From Felis catus (lineage: Eukaryota), in assembly GCF_018350175.1 (NCBI RefSeq), contig NC_058368.1:23252001-23316000 (forward strand): DNA of 64,000 bases. Reading direction: 5' to 3'. The notes below the pieces were generated by a model. The model ran no database searches and had not been told where the DNA came from. It saw nothing but the letters and a program-made list of their open reading frames with translations. Shown here piece by piece: positions 14,150 to 27,966 of the stretch. Made by a program: the position numbers and the translations under genes. Every line of letters starts with the position of its first letter. The first letter of the stretch is position 1.

Positions 14150-14846
14150 TGTTTCAGTTATCTAGACTTGCATGATAGATGGCCCTGAAATGTAGTGATT
14201 TTCAGACAACACTTACCTCATAGTTTCAGTGGGTCCGTGATTTGGAAGCAGTTTAGGTGGTTTTGCTGCCATAGTCATTTGAAGGCTTGACTAGGGTTGG
14301 AGGACCTACTTACAAGATGGCTCACTCACATGGCTGTTGGCCAAAGGCCTCAGTTTCTCCCCATGTGGGCCTGTTGACAAGGCTGCTTTAACGTCCTTGT
14401 GACATGGCAGCTGGCTTCACCCAGAGCAAGTGATCCAAGTGAACAAGGGTTGGAAGCCACGATGCCTTTTGTGTTCTTTTTAAAAATTTTTTTATGTTTG
14501 TTTATTTTTGAGAGCGAGAGAGACAGAGCATGAGTAGGAGAGGGATAGAGAGAGAGGGAGACGCAGATTCCGAAGCAGGCTTCAGGCTCTGAGCTGTCAG
14601 CACAGAGCCGGATGCGGGGCTCCAGCCCACAGACCGGGAGATCATGACCTGAGCCAAAGTTGGCTGCTTAACCAACTGAGCCTCCAAGGTGTCCCCCTTT
14701 TGTGTTCTCATTTCATTGTCACTTCTGCCACCCTCTTTGTTAGAAATGAGTCACTGAGTCCAGTCCACAAGAGGAGGGGAATTCAGCTCCATTCTTGAAG
14801 GGAGAAGTATCAAAGAGTTTATCAACATATTTTAAAGCCATCACCA
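14150..14846. mobile_element. MaLR LTR (MLT1F/G/H-like), interrupted by a SINE
   Basis: ggctgttggccaaaggcctcagtttctcc, gacatggcagctggcttc and gggagaagtatcaaagagttt motifs. Confidence 0.65.
14478..14695 (-). mobile_element. CAN-SINE with 13-bp TSD
   Basis: TSD ccttttgtgttct at 14465-14477 and 14696-14708. Confidence 0.93.
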
Positions 14847-15685
14847 CTTAACGCTGGGAACCTGAAAGAGCAGGTTGGTTGCTGAGTTAACTTGGAGCTA
14901 AGACTGAGGTAGTGAGGAGAATCTGGGAGCTGGGAAGGCTTCTGGCGCTTGCGGCCCTGATAAGGAGAGTGCCTTGGCTGGCATGGGGAAACCCTGCCTC
15001 AGTGGCGGTCCCAGGAGAACCACAGGAACGTTTATCAGGGAAGGCAAGGAATGAACTGTTTCTAGGATAGAGTGATCAACGGTGGCAAATACAGCCAAGA
15101 AGTCTGTGGAATTGAAACAGTATCTAGTGGAACTGAAACAGGATGTGACAGCTTGGTAAGAATGACTGCAGTGTAACGGTGTGGAGGATGTGGGAGTTGA
15201 AACAACTGCCTGGTAGCTACTTGGACACCCTCCCACTGCTTCCCGGAAGCGTCACTTCACCCTTGGATATTCTTTTTACAAGCTTGATACTTCCGTCCCT
15301 ACAGCCCTACCTGCTTCGCGTGAAAAAAAACCTACTTTAACATGTGAATTCTTTCTGTTACAGTTGAGTAAATCCATATAAACGACTACTTTCTACAAAG
15401 AATATAACGAATTTTGACTATGATATCAGCCTTACAGCAGAACCTAGGATACCAAGCCTGATAGATACTCATACTTTGTAGCAGATGGGATTTTAGAAAT
15501 CCACACATTAAAGGGGGGGGGGGGACATGTTACAATAAAAACAAAGGGAAGGAGGGAAGAAAGAAAAAGAAAAAGGAAGGCAGGCAAACAGTACAACCCC
15601 AACAACCTTAAGCAGGACATTGAAGTTTTTAATTTTTAAAAAATATTTTGGTGAGTTGTTTCTGCCTGGCTAAGAATTTTATTTA

Positions 15686-15888
15686 AAATTTTTTAAAAAT
15701 GTTTATTTATTTTTGAGAGAGAGAGATACAGAACATGAGCAGGGGAGGGGCAGAGAGAGAGGGAGACACAGGCTGTGAGCTGTCAGCACAGAGCCCAATG
15801 TGGGGCTCAAACTCCTAAGCCTTCGAGCTGTAAGATCATGACCTGAGCCGAAGTCGGCCGCTTAACTGACTGAACCACCCAGGCACTC
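15686..15888 (-). mobile_element. CAN-SINE with short internal deletion
   Basis: ggagacacaggctgtgagc lacks the gaatctgaagcaggctcc segment seen in other copies. Confidence 0.88.
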
Positions 15889-16784
15889 AGAAAGAATTCT
15901 GTTTAAAGAAATGTTAAGAGCATGGGCGTAAATGTTAGCAGGCTAGGGGGCAAGTGTACTGTAATTACTATCATGCTCTTTTGTCCTGTTGAAACACAAG
16001 GAAGCCGGTGAGATAAGACCTGTGGAAAAATCAGTTACCAGGTTTGTGTGATTTATTGGGTGGTAGTAGAAAATCTAAAGATTTAGAGGTCTGCACTGTA
16101 AAATGAGGAAAGAACAAAAGGTTGGTAATTCAGTTGTCTAAAGTTTGATTTAAAACAAAGAGGTGAAGGTGAAGGGATAAAATAATAATTATTTAAAAGT
16201 TGGTGTCCCAAGTGACAGCCCGCGGAGAGGACTGGGCAAGGGAGGGACTTGAGGTAATAAAGCCAGGCATCCCGGGGCACCAGCATTTTATGCCCTCCTC
16301 CTCCCTCTCCCCCCACCGCCCCTACCGGCCTGAGTGTTCTCAGGATGGACTCTAGGGCAGTCTCTGTTCTCCTTTAAAAAAAAAAAAAATCTAGCTCTGT
16401 CAGCTTCCTTTTCCACTTTGAGGAAATTTGAGGGTCTTTGTTATTCATGACCTGGCCTCAGAAGGAGATGACTATGAACAACTTCTGTTTCTTCCCCAGT
16501 AACCAGCCGTTTCTCTTTTTCGTGTCTTTCAGTCTTGTGTGTACGCGGTGGCTTTCCTGTGTATTGCCTCCCCGACATGTTTAGTGGGGAGGGGGAGCTG
16601 CCGTGCAAGCCACCCCCACTTCCCTTCCTTCTCTTGACCTTCTCACTGATGGTGCAGTCAGCGGCAAACTTCCACATCACCTCCTGTGTCATCCATTGTT
16701 ACTGCTTTCGTTCCTCTGGCTTTAGGCTTTACCTACACGAACAAGCAAATATGTGAGGACTCCTGGACTTCACCTGACCCTGTC

Positions 16785-17770
16785 CATTAGACAGAATAAC
16801 AGTCCCTTCACAGTTATCCACACCCTAACCCCCGGAAACAATATGTACGTTACATTGTATGGCAAAGGGATTTTGCAGCTGTGATTAAGGCTGTGGACCT
16901 TAAAATAGGGAGATTATCCTGGATTATCCCTGTAGGCTTGTTTTAGTCTGGGCTTCTACAACAAAATACCAGAGACTGGGTGGCTTATAAGCAACAGAAA
17001 CTTATTTCTCACACTTCTGGAGACTGGGAAGTCTAAGATCTCCAGGCACTGGCAGATTTGGTGATTGGTGAGAGCGTGCTTCCTAGTTGATAGGCGATGC
17101 CTTCTCACTATATCCTCCTCACATGGTAGAAGGAAAGGACTAGGGAACTCCATGGGGTCTCTTAAAAGAGCACTAATACCATTCAGGGCTCCACCCTCAT
17201 GATCTGAGCGTCTCCCAAAGGTCCCACATCCCCATAATATCCACACTGGGTATCAAGTTTCAACGTAGGAATTTTGGAGGGACAAATATTCAGTCTATAG
17301 CAAGGCCCAATCTTATCGCTAGTCCTTAAAAGCAGAGAACATTCTCCAGCTGGAGGCAAGACAGGTGTGGCCAAAGGGGACGTTGAGAGATTCCAACTTG
17401 AGGAGAATTCAGTATACTATCGCTGCTTCTGAGATGTAGGAATCCATGTGCAAGGACCACAGAGAGGCCTGCAGCTGAGGGCAGCCCTCAGCCAACAGCC
17501 AGCAAGGAAATGAGGATCTCAGTCCTACAGCTAAAAGGAACTTGATTTTGCTAACAATTGGAATGCATTTGGACGTGGCTTCTTTCCAGAGCCTCCTTAT
17601 GACAGCAGAGCTGGCTGACACTTTGATTTTGATTTTGTGAGACTGAACAGAGAAACCAGGCAAAGCCTATCTGGACTTCTGAGCTACAGAACTGTGAGAT
17701 AATAAATATGTGTTGTTTTAGGCTGCTAAATTGGTGGTAATTTGTTATAGCAGTTAATATGCTAACCTAT
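16785..17770 (+). mobile_element. MaLR LTR (MLT1D/E-like) split by a nested MLT1A-like LTR
   Basis: atggcaaagggattttgcagctgtgattaagg...gggagattatcctggattatc and agaactgtgagataataaat...ggtaatttgttatagcag motifs. Confidence 0.75.
16939..17302 (-). mobile_element. MLT1A-like solo LTR nested in an older MLT1
   Basis: TG...CA ends; 5-bp TSD aggct (16934-16938) / aggcc (17303-17307); host sequence resumes colinearly. Confidence 0.75.
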
Positions 17771-18639
17771 TCATACTAGTACATATTAGTTATAAAAGAG
17801 AACTCCTCTCAAACTGAGGTGAAGGGCCATTTTGTAAAAATTAGAAATTTAAATTTTTCTAATCTGTCATGTACTGATTCCTTTATAAAATAAAATCAAT
17901 TACTAGAAGAAATGAATTTTTTACATACAAAACATGAGCCCCAATTCTTTATTTTTATTCGATAGCATAAAACTTCAAATTGCTAAAAAGTGTCCAAGTG
18001 TTTAGTCTTAACCGCTTTTCTCTTGCGGATTTGTGAACTGTTAGTGGACCAGATCAGCATCAGTCCACAGATTACATTTTGAGTAGGATTGAGAAAAGCT
18101 CCCTCACATCCAGTTGTGAGGATGTAAACATTCGAATTGGAAGGAGGATGTAAACACATCTAGGGTTGAGAGGCTCAGCATTGAATAGTTTGTAGTCAAT
18201 ACGATAGTACTCACAGCTTTCTAAATTTGTGAAGCAATTGCCATCAGTCAAAAAAGCCACAGACGGCTGTGTACCCTGGTGTGTCTAGTCAATGCCAATA
18301 CAGAAGATCAGTTGGGCAAGTTGGGGTATGCAATGAAAGGGTGGCCCGAGCTTCATGTCTGGGTTGTATGTTGCTAATTTGAACAGTAACATGGTCACTG
18401 TCTTTGGGAGGAGTTGACCGACCACCACTTCAGACCTTGCAATCATGCATTTCAGAGTGATAGTTCCAGGGTGATGGGACGGACATTTCATCATCTGGGA
18501 ACTAGAGACAAACCTTAAATGGTTTAGAATTTTTCCTATGCTCAGTTCTAAAAGCAGAAAAGCATCTTTTTATTCTGTTTCTGATATATGTGTGTGATGA
18601 CGCCAGCCTCGTTTTGGAAAAAGAGACCATCGTTTCAGT

Positions 18640-19284
18640 GAAAATGACACACGGTCATTGTAAAAACAAATAAAAACCCCACTGACACATAAAGTACAAA
18701 GACAAGTAAGTTCAGTCACAACACCAGAACCCAGAGATAACAACTGTTAGCAGTTTGGTAAATATTCTGGTCTTCTCTACATGTGAACATATGTGCACAG
18801 ATATATGAATGTACTTTTACATAAATAGGATCACATTCTATACCACGTGCTTTTCTTCAGTAAACGCTTAGGCATCTTTCCATCACGTCCAATAGAGGTC
18901 TACATCATTTTTCATGACCGCACACACAAGAGAATGCGTGTACCATTGTTTTACATACCCAGTCTCGCACTGTTGAAATTTGTTTTCCACATTTTTAGCG
19001 TTCTGCATGAAAGAGGTGAAGGTTCTGGTGCATAAACTGTCCTTCGGATAAAAACCCCTAAGTGGGTTAGCTGTGTAAAAGCATAACTCTACTTACCATT
19101 TTCTGGCAGTAGCTGAACTGCTTTGCAAGAAATCTGTACTGGTTCCTCTCCCATTCACAGTGCATAACAGTTTTTCCGCGTCTTTGACGACAGTGCGTTG
19201 CTAATTCCAATGGGCAAAAGACAGGTCTTTCCTGTTTAATGTTGATGAGGCTTTCATCTGTTTACTAGTCATTTGTGCAGGAGC

Positions 19285-19320
<36 letters not shown>

Positions 19321-20190
19321 CTTCCATTTCATGTTCCTCGAGTATTTTTTTTTTAATATTTATTCATTATTGAGAGATAGATACAGAGCATGAGCAGGGG
19401 AGGGGCAGAGAGAGGGAGACACAGAAACCGAAGCAGGCTCCAGGCTCCGAGCTATCAGCACAGAGCCCGATGCAGGGCTCCAACCCACAGACCGTGAGAT
19501 CATGACCTGAACCGAAGTCGGATGCCCAACCGACTGAGCCACCCAGGCGCCCACCTCAAATATTTTTCTATTGGCTGTTCATTCTTACCGATATTTAAGA
19601 ACTTTTTGCATATTTGAGATTAACCATTTGCCTATTATATATTACATGTCTTATCATATGTGATATTTACAAATTGTGGTAAGAACACTTAACATGAGAT
19701 CTAGCCTCTTAACAGATTTTTAAGTGCACATACAGCATCGTTTACTACAGGACAGGGTTGTACAGCAGATGTCTAGAACTTACTCATCTTGCATAACTGA
19801 AATTTACACCCATTGAGTAGCAATTCCTCGTTTTCCCCTCCCCTCCAGCCCCTGCCAACCACCATTCCAATCTCTGTTTCTATGACTTTGACTATTTTAG
19901 ATACCTCATTTAAGTGGAATCATATAGCATTTATCCTTCACACATGTCATCTTTAATGCAATCAAATGTACCAACATTTATGGTTTATGGTTTTCATGAT
20001 ATACTTTAAAAGGCTGCACTTATTTTGGTATTAGTTCTGAGCTTGAGTTTTGGGAATGCAGATTTTAATTCTCCCTACATGGCTGGCCGGTTTCCCAAAC
20101 ACTGTTTGCTATTTCACCCATTCCCTACCAGTTTTGGAGTGCCATCTTTTTCAGGTACCAATTTCTTGTATGTTCCTAGGTGTATATGAA
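18640..20190 (-). mobile_element. Old L1M relic with a nested L1MA-type 3' end (~19660-19940), (TG)n and SINE
   Basis: ggtaagaacacttaacatgagatcta...gatacctcatttaagtggaatcat is an L1MA-type 3' UTR; flanks are more decayed L1. Confidence 0.6.
19345..19552 (-). mobile_element. CAN-SINE
   Basis: Full body; degenerate TSD cctcgagtatttt / cctcaaatatttt. Confidence 0.92.
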
Positions 20191-20559
20191 GTTAGCATTT
20201 GCAGGGACACTTTTTATTTAACTTTTACTTGGGCTAGGAGGTAGGAAAGTGTTGAAACCATAACAGGGTGTGGCAGGGGAAGCCCGTTTCCCCCTTCGGT
20301 CATTTAGCTATCAAAGCTAACGGCGTTTGTGTGTGAAAAATTGAAATTTCCTCATTCTGATGATTCAGATTCTACTGGAGGAAAACTAAGCTACAGTACA
20401 TCAGATGTATAAGACAGTGGGGGCTGATTAGGAAGAAGTGGAAATAATTGGTCTGAGTGTTGATCCACTTTGTGTCTGGCGTGGCATAACTCTTGTGAAG
20501 TGAGAAGGCATAGATCTGAGTCTTTTTATCTGATCTTTTCTTACTGCTGGAGGAGGTCA

Positions 20560-20965
20560 ACGAAAGGACATGACCACTGGTTGATCTCTAAACTAGATCG
20601 AAGCCATCAGAGGCTCCTCACCTGCTCCCCATCTTTGAAAGATACCTTCTGCCTGTTGGCCATTCCCTCAGCTGGAGCCATTTTCAAGGCCGCCGCCGTG
20701 AAAGCGTAACATGTAACTGAGACCATCTGGACTAAATATGTGACTGACCCCAGCGCCGGCCTCTATATAAACTTAAGATTATGGCGGGCAGGTGTGAACA
20801 TCTACTTGTCTCTCGTTTGCCCAAGATAAACCTCGTAAGTAAGTCCCGTTGCTTATTGAGACAGCCACCTACCAGTCTGGAGTGGCCTGTCCCTTTCTTC
20901 AGGCTCTCCTTGTCCCTCTGTGTTTGGGAATCAGTTTGTGATCCACCATTTACTCTGGGAAGGAT
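20560..20965 (+). mobile_element. ERV-type LTR remnant (family uncertain)
   Basis: TATA-like ctatataaa then cttattgagacagccacctaccagtctggagtgg U5-like tract. Ends not resolved. Confidence 0.45.
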
Positions 20966-21439
20966 ACTGAAGAGTGATGGCCAAAGGACCGGTATAAACA
21001 AGTGGGTCATGGCTTTCTTCAAAAGTGTGATTCAACTGATATGGACCATGTTTTCAGCTTGTGAGAGCTTTTTCATTATGAGTCAACTTTTTAAAAACCA
21101 GAGACTTCACTTGCCCAGGCTGTCGGTTCTCATGTGTTTGGTATCGTACGTCAGTGTGAAACATTCACCCTTGCGGAGACCGCTGAACAGGTAAGAGGCT
21201 GTAGCTGACTCCTCTCCACTGGCAGACCCAGCGTTCCTGACCTGGGGTGCCTATTCTGCCCCCTTGGTGTTCACCCTGTGGTTTAGATTCTGCCCTTGAT
21301 GCCTGTTCTGGTGTACTTGACTGTGTACTGAGATCAGTTGCTTGGCTGAGCATTAATGCCACAACAGGCAAATGTAATTTTTATGGTACGGCACTTGGCC
21401 TAGTGCCCATCTTACAGAGGTATCATGGTTTGTTTGTGT

Positions 21440-21639
21440 TTTAAATGTTTATTTATTTATTTAGAGAGAGAGCATGAGCAGGGGAGGGGCAGAGATAGGG
21501 AGAGAGAGAGAATCCCAAGGAGGCTCTGCACTGTAGGCACAGAGCTGGATTCAGGGCTCCATCCCACGAACCGTGAGATCATGACCTGAGCTGAAATCCA
21601 GAGTCAGATGCTTAACGGACTGAGCCACCCAGGCGCCCC
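21440..21639 (-). mobile_element. CAN-SINE
   Basis: Full body ending ...gagccacccaggcgcccc. Confidence 0.92.
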
Positions 21640-22019
21640 TAGAGGTACCGTTGTTGATAAGGCACTGTAGTGAGGGGATTTTAAAAACTGATAGCCCATT
21701 TTACATTGTCACTGCAGTGCCAGGTGATTTAACTTCTAGCCATGTCCCCGAACCTGCTTACTTGAGCAGGCTCTGGCATGCCAGTCAGTTACGGGATTGT
21801 GAGAGAAATGCCAATTGAAGGAAGTCCATTATGTTGAAATTTCCTCACTGAGAAAAATGTTGATTGAAATCCCGGCTATTTCTAAGATGAGGAAGTTCTG
21901 TTAAAATAAGAAATCAAAACCGAAGGACCCATTGTTCCTCAAGTCAACATAATTGAAAATTCAGTATTGTACTGAGCAATGGGCTACCCAGAGGCAAGAA
22001 TCCTATGAGGTTAATGGCA

Positions 22020-22580
22020 GTTAAACAGGGGCCAAGGGCAGGCTGCCCCAAAATGTGCCACCGTGGCATATTGATTGATTACTGTAAATGAAAGTTAAGA
22101 AACCGTCCATGCAGAGACCCTTAGATCCTCTTTTGTTCCCCTGAAAGCAAAAATCAATTTTCCATATGAAATGTACCCTCCCTGAACTAAGTGGTAAAAA
22201 AGACATCCTTATTGCCATAGACAGGAACTTTAAAGCCAAGAAAGCTGTAGAAACAAACCTTGCTACTTTTATTTATTTATTTTTTTTAACTAATCTACAG
22301 CCCAAATTCTGCTTAGGATTTCTTACTAATTAAAGCTCCCACACACCTGTTTTCTTTATCAGGTCAGTTCCTCACAAATTTATCGTCTCTTTGTCTAAAA
22401 AGTATAAAAACTGCATGCCTTGGTCATTTCTTGAGGTCTCAATTTCATTATTAGGGCTCCACACACATGCAATAAAGCTTTTTTTTTTTTTAATTTCTGT
22501 TAGTCTGTCTCATGTAAATTTAATTCTCAGTCCAGCTGGAAGATCTTGAAGGATAGAGGAAGAATTTATCCTTCCCTACA
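22020..22580 (+). mobile_element. MER34-like ERV1 solo LTR
   Basis: gccccaaaatgtgccaccgtggcata near the 5' end, AATAAA at 22471, ...cttccctaca 3' terminus. Confidence 0.65.
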
Positions 22581-22809
22581 CCACACACTGAGTTGCTTCA
22601 ACAGTAAATGACAGACAGACTGGAGGGCAAAGCCTGTTTATTGTATGAGCAGTATTGGCATTAGTTGGTCAGCTACACTGTGGTTATATACTTTCTGAAA
22701 ACGCGGCAAGGACAAAAAGTTCTTAATGCTTACTTTTGGCTTTTGTTTTTTTGACAGCTGTAAAATCATGTGAACAATAAGGTCTTTTTTGCAGTCTCAG
22801 CTGACCTCG

Positions 22810-22980
22810 TCCAGTGGTTCCCAGGTTTTGGTGTACATAAAAAAGTCTTTCGGATGCCTGTTAAGCAGGTGGTTTCCTAGGTCTCCTAACCAGAGATTCT
22901 AATGCAGGAGACCTGGCAACATGCAGGTTTAATAAATTCCTTAGGTGATTCTAATGCAGGTGGTCCTTTGAAAAACAATG
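22810..22980. mobile_element. MER5-like hAT MITE
   Basis: cagtggttccca...ccagagattcta...ggtgattctaatgcagg...tttgaaaaacaatg. A similar element lies at ~33822-33978. Confidence 0.55.
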
Positions 22981-23891
22981 GATTGGGGCAGGGGTAGGAG
23001 AAGATGAGTTGATACTGTTTTATGCACCTACTGTGTACCAGACTTGGTCATGCCAGGATACCTCATTTCGGTGGTTCCCTCCCAAACCTCAAATACTGTT
23101 CACCCGGTCTAGAAATAATATATGTGTGTGTTAGGACCCATACCTAGGGAATTGTCCCTTTTGGTTTGAAGTTTCCTATTGTCCTTTAGATACCCCAGGA
23201 AAAAGCCATCATTTGATGTCTACCATAATGCTATTGAAAGTGCCAGTCTCTGAGCTATTTGTTACTGATTTGCAACCAGGTAAGGATCTTCTGCCAGGAT
23301 TTTAAGTCAATTATGTCACTACACACACAGTCTAGTTCTCCTGATAAATATTTTTGTCTTGGCAGCAATATTTTTCCAATGAAGGAAGTTTCAGTGTTTT
23401 GATTTATGAGCTGGTGTAAGTTCTTAACTTGTCACCTGCTGGTAACAAACGGATTCAGGGACCATACTTTGAGTCGCGTTGCCTTAATAGACATTTGAAC
23501 TTTCGGGGGGTAAAAACAAACCACTCTGAGTGAAGAGATAAGACTCTGAGTGGAAAAGCTCCCAAGAGACAACCGCAGAGGAACCAAATACCAACACTGC
23601 CTCACCAGTGGCTTTTATAAAAGCTGCCGAAACTCATGCCCCGTGATTGGCTTGGTTTCTTTTCCCTGCGTAGCCTGTCCTCCAGTGGAGGCGGCAATGA
23701 GAAGAGAAATCCAAAATATGTTGCCCAGAGAAGAGGACCAACTTAGTTAATCTGCAACTCCTGGATTGACTGAAATCTGAGTATGGAAGTGTAGATGAGT
23801 CAAATGTTTCCCTCAAGGAACTTTGAAGCTGAGTTTTTGCTGGGACTCTAATGAATACTTTTGAACGTCATTATAGAAGAAATATCCTTGA

Positions 23892-24108
23892 GGGGCGCCT
23901 GGGTGGCTCACTCGGTTAAGAGTCTGACTTTGGCTTAGATCATGATCTCAAGGTTTGTGAGTTCGAGCCCCACATTGGGCTCTGTGCTGATAGCTTGGAG
24001 CCTGGAGCCTGCTTCGGATTCTGTGTCTCCCTCTCTCTCTGCGCCTCCCCTGCTCATGCTCTGTCTCTGTCTCTCAAAAATAAATAAATGTTAAATTTTT
24101 TTTTAAAA
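23892..24108 (+). mobile_element. CAN-SINE with perfect 17-bp TSD
   Basis: TSD agaagaaatatccttga at 23875-23891 and 24109-24125. Confidence 0.95.
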
Positions 24109-25706
24109 AGAAGAAATATCCTTGATATTAATTACTATTGCATTAAGTGTTACTTTACATAGATTAAATTGTTTCATTTCTTAAATTGTTCGGCCTAAAT
24201 GGGAATACTTGATAATAAGTTACTGAAAGGATTGCCATGGTCTCTTCTAATGGAAGGATTCTGTGATTCTAGAATTCTTTCATGTACACAATTATTTCAG
24301 GGATCTACTTCCAGTATTCATTCAGTTCCTTCAACAGATATTAATAGAGCACCTCCTATGTGTCCTACAATGTATCAAGGTTACACTGGCCTACAGAGAT
24401 AAATAAAAGGCCTCATCCCTCATGGTATTCATAATGTAGCTGGGGAGAAAGACATTATACAATGAAATAAAAATAAGCATATGAATAAACATAGAACTGA
24501 ATGAGAATCTAATGTGAAAAGAGATGACAAAGAGTTTAATGATGGTCAGATATAAATTCCAGTTCAACTGAATGCAGCAGATGGTTTTTAAGTGCCTACT
24601 TTGTCCCAGACACTGTGTGGAGTATTAGAGATACAGAGATGGGCAGGAGAATGTTCCTGACTGCAGAGTCTCTTGGAACTGTACCTGAATAGCAGCCTCT
24701 CCCTCTCCTTAATCTCACTTGATTTTGTTGGTAGATTTGTGTAGGCCTGATTATTTTATCTGTTTTCCATCTCATACTCTTGGTGTAACAATGAGCTCAG
24801 GCCTTTTGGTACCCATTTGTCTGAAGATACAGAGCTGCCCTTCTGGGTTTGTGAATTTGACCTGAAGAAAATCTTTAAATGATTATGACTTTTGAAACTC
24901 CCAGCTGAGCTGCTGAACCGACATAGACTAGGCAGAATGGAGAATTATTATTGAACATCTATCACAAAATCGTAGTCTTTGAGTCAAAGTGATCACAGGG
25001 TATGCTCACGCCTTTGTGCAACATATCTGGGTGATTTCTTCATGCCAGACGCTGTTCAGGACACAGGAGGGACATAAGCCAACAAAGCAGATATGATGAG
25101 TTCACTTATGTTCCTTTCAACTTAAACATTTTCAACATCAGGGAGCTCGTTCCCTTACTGGGAGCCATCCCGTTTTCAATCAGTCCTAAATATTTGAAAT
25201 GTATTGAGCCTAAATCTGTTTCTCTATAGCTTTTTTCTGCCAGTCTGAGGGTCTATCTCTGAGCCACTCTAGATACATCTAAACCCTCTTTCACATGGCA
25301 GCCCTGCAAATATTTGAAAACTGCTCACGTTCCTTTTAAGGCTCCCCATTTTGTTATTCGATGTGTAGAAATATGCATAGATCCATGAGAGTGTGGATGT
25401 AAGTTAACAATGTAAATCAGTGGGATCTTGATTGTGCTTGTCATGTGTATTCTTTAGTTTTCAGAATCCCTGAAGTAGAAGTCTGTTAACAGCCCTCCAC
25501 CCATGGTTGAAATGAAAACTTACCCTTGCTCGGTACATCAGTCTCCAGAATTCTTTCATGTGTATCATTGTCTGGTGCTCACTACAATGTCACTGGCAGG
25601 TGTTGTCCCCATTTAGCAGATGAGGACAATGAGCAGATAAGGAGATGCAAAGAAGGCCAAGTGGCCTAAGTAAGGTGTCGGAGTCCTATTCCCTGAACTG
25701 GGTCTT

Positions 25707-25961
25707 CTTTTTTTTTTTTTAATTTTTTTTTAATTTTTCAATATATGAAGTTTATTGTCAAATTGGTTTCCATTCAACACCCAGTGCTCATCCCAACAGG
25801 TGCCCTCCTCAATACCCATCACCCACCCTCCCCTCCCTCCCACCCCCCATCAACCCTCAGTTTGTTCTCGGTTTTTAGGTGCTCTTATGCTTTGGCTCTC
25901 TCCCGCTCTAATCTCTCTCTCTCTCTCTCTTTTTTTTCCTTCCCCTCCCCCATGGGTTTCT
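25707..25961 (-). mobile_element. 5'-truncated young felid L1 (3' UTR only) with perfect 13-bp TSD
   Basis: Poly-T + tttattgtcaaattggtttcc...; TSD tgaactgggtctt at 25694-25706 and 25962-25974. Confidence 0.92.
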
Positions 25962-27561
25962 TGAACTGGGTCTTGTAATTCAAACCTGTGTTATTCATAC
26001 CACACTTGTACATACCTTCTGTATACCTTGCTGACCTTAAAGTGGAAGTGATGTTAGGCTTTAGAATATTCTGTCATTTGATAATAGTTTCTGGAAGAAC
26101 CCTAAACTCAGTTCAGAAGTGTCCCCTCTCCAGGAGGACTTGGGCAGGGGCAGCTCCTGGGACACGTCTCCTTCCCCTCTTTTCTTCCAGTGGCCTACCT
26201 TTCCTCTCTATTCGTCAACATTCTTTTTGCTCTTCTCTGCTGATGCACAGGCTTTAACCTCCCAGAGTGGGAAGGTCTGTGACTTGGGACCTCAAGCATT
26301 CACTGACGTTGGCAGGAGCCGAGGGCAGACTCAAAGTATGTCTGAATCTGCAGAGGAGCCACGATGATGAGCGTGCTCCTCAAGCCTCCAAACTGAAATG
26401 TATTTGCTCCAGCAGTAGATTTTATGCCCCGAGGTAGGAGGTGGTGAGAACAACTCGTGCGAAGGAAAATATGCTGCGTGGTAAGCTCTAGCAAAGCTGG
26501 AATACTGGCTAAGGACTCCTACACCAAATGTATCATTGGATAGTGCTTTTATAATCACATTCCCCCAAAAGCTGCCAGCACCTCATAGAAGTAGGAAGAA
26601 CATCAGAACTTGTGAGAAGGAAGGAGGCAGGAACCCCTCACAGGTGGCAGAATCAAATGAGCATCTCCGCATGAATTTGCAAGGATAAGAGATGTCTTCT
26701 GTCTTGCGCTGGAAGTAACTCCAGCAGTTCAGTTCATTGCTGCTGTGCCCTTAATCAGCAAAGAACACAAGTTTCGGTAGTAAATAACTTACAGAGAATC
26801 TGATTTGTGTTTAAAATTTGCTTTAGTATTCCTGGAAGCTGTCACATTAGGTCAACATAGCTCAATATGCTGCTTTTTTCTGTTTCTCAACAAGACTGTG
26901 CTTATAATTAAGCAGCCAATAATTGGCTGCTTTTTCTCCCATGAAAATCTCAGTCACCCTGAAAGACAGCACCTGAGGTTTATTTCCCACAAGTCAGAGC
27001 AGCTAGTTCATTACCGGCTAGAGATCCCTCCCTTATTTTCTACCGTGCCACCTCAGATTCACCAAAGGGCATTTGCAAGGATTATTCCTTTTCTTGAGAG
27101 GTAGACCTACTGCCTACTGAATTTCATATTTCAGACTTATAATCCCACAGAAGGATTTTGGTGGCCTACGGCAAAAGACGTGCAGTACGGTTTAAGCGAA
27201 CCAATGTTTGTCAAGTTCTAGATTCTTTAGTGGGAACTGGGGATACAAGCAGGACCAAGATCCCTGCCATTTTAAGAGCTGAGAGGGGAAAAGGGGAGGA
27301 AAAGTCTCTACTTCTACTCGAATGTGGTTTCCACATGGATGAGGCTATGGTTAGGGCACGGTGTGGTGAGGTGGGCAGATGCCCTGGGGACATCAGGAAA
27401 GGTGTAGGTTTCGATTTAAGCTTTAGATTTTCTAAGTCGAACGGTGACATAGATGTAAAGTGACCCATGAAAAGCATAAGTGGCCCAACAAAATGTACCT
27501 CTTCAAGGTGACAACAGAAAGGAATGAATGGTCACCATTTCACAGAACGCTTTTTTGAGCA

Positions 27562-27581
27562 TTTTTTAAAAGTTTATTTAT

Positions 27582-27634
<53 letters not shown>

Positions 27635-27777
27635 GCAGAGAGAGTGGGGGAGGGAGAGAAAGTCCCAAACAGGCTCCGCACTGTCAGCACAGAATCCCAT
27701 CTCACTGAACTGTGAGATCACGACCTGAACCGAAATCAAGAGCCAGATGCTTAACCGACTGAGCCACTCAGGTGTCC
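27562..27777 (-). mobile_element. CAN-SINE with expanded (GA)n
   Basis: SINE body; about 22 GA units at 27585-27629. Confidence 0.9.
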
Positions 27778-27966
27778 TCAGAGTCCTGTTTTGGATCCAA
27801 ATCAATATTTGTATGTCCTTCCTTCCACAATGAGGATCCTGTATTTCATCAATATGAACATACTTAGTCTTTTGATGAGTCGGATAATACATCCAAAACT
27901 GTTTCAGTAGTGTCTTGCCCTCACCACTACCATAAGAAAATCTACAAAAAAAAAGTGGAGGATTTC

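Noticed and set aside
14502..14711. Recurrent ORFs resembling 'AQVMISRSVGWSPASGSVLTAQSLEPAS' (also 19360, 27978, 42139, 46271)
   Set aside because: Translations of CAN-SINE bodies, not a protein family.
16200..16700. Possible CpG-island promoter downstream of SUCLA2
   Set aside because: Only scattered CpGs over a short span; no supportable transcript or exon structure.
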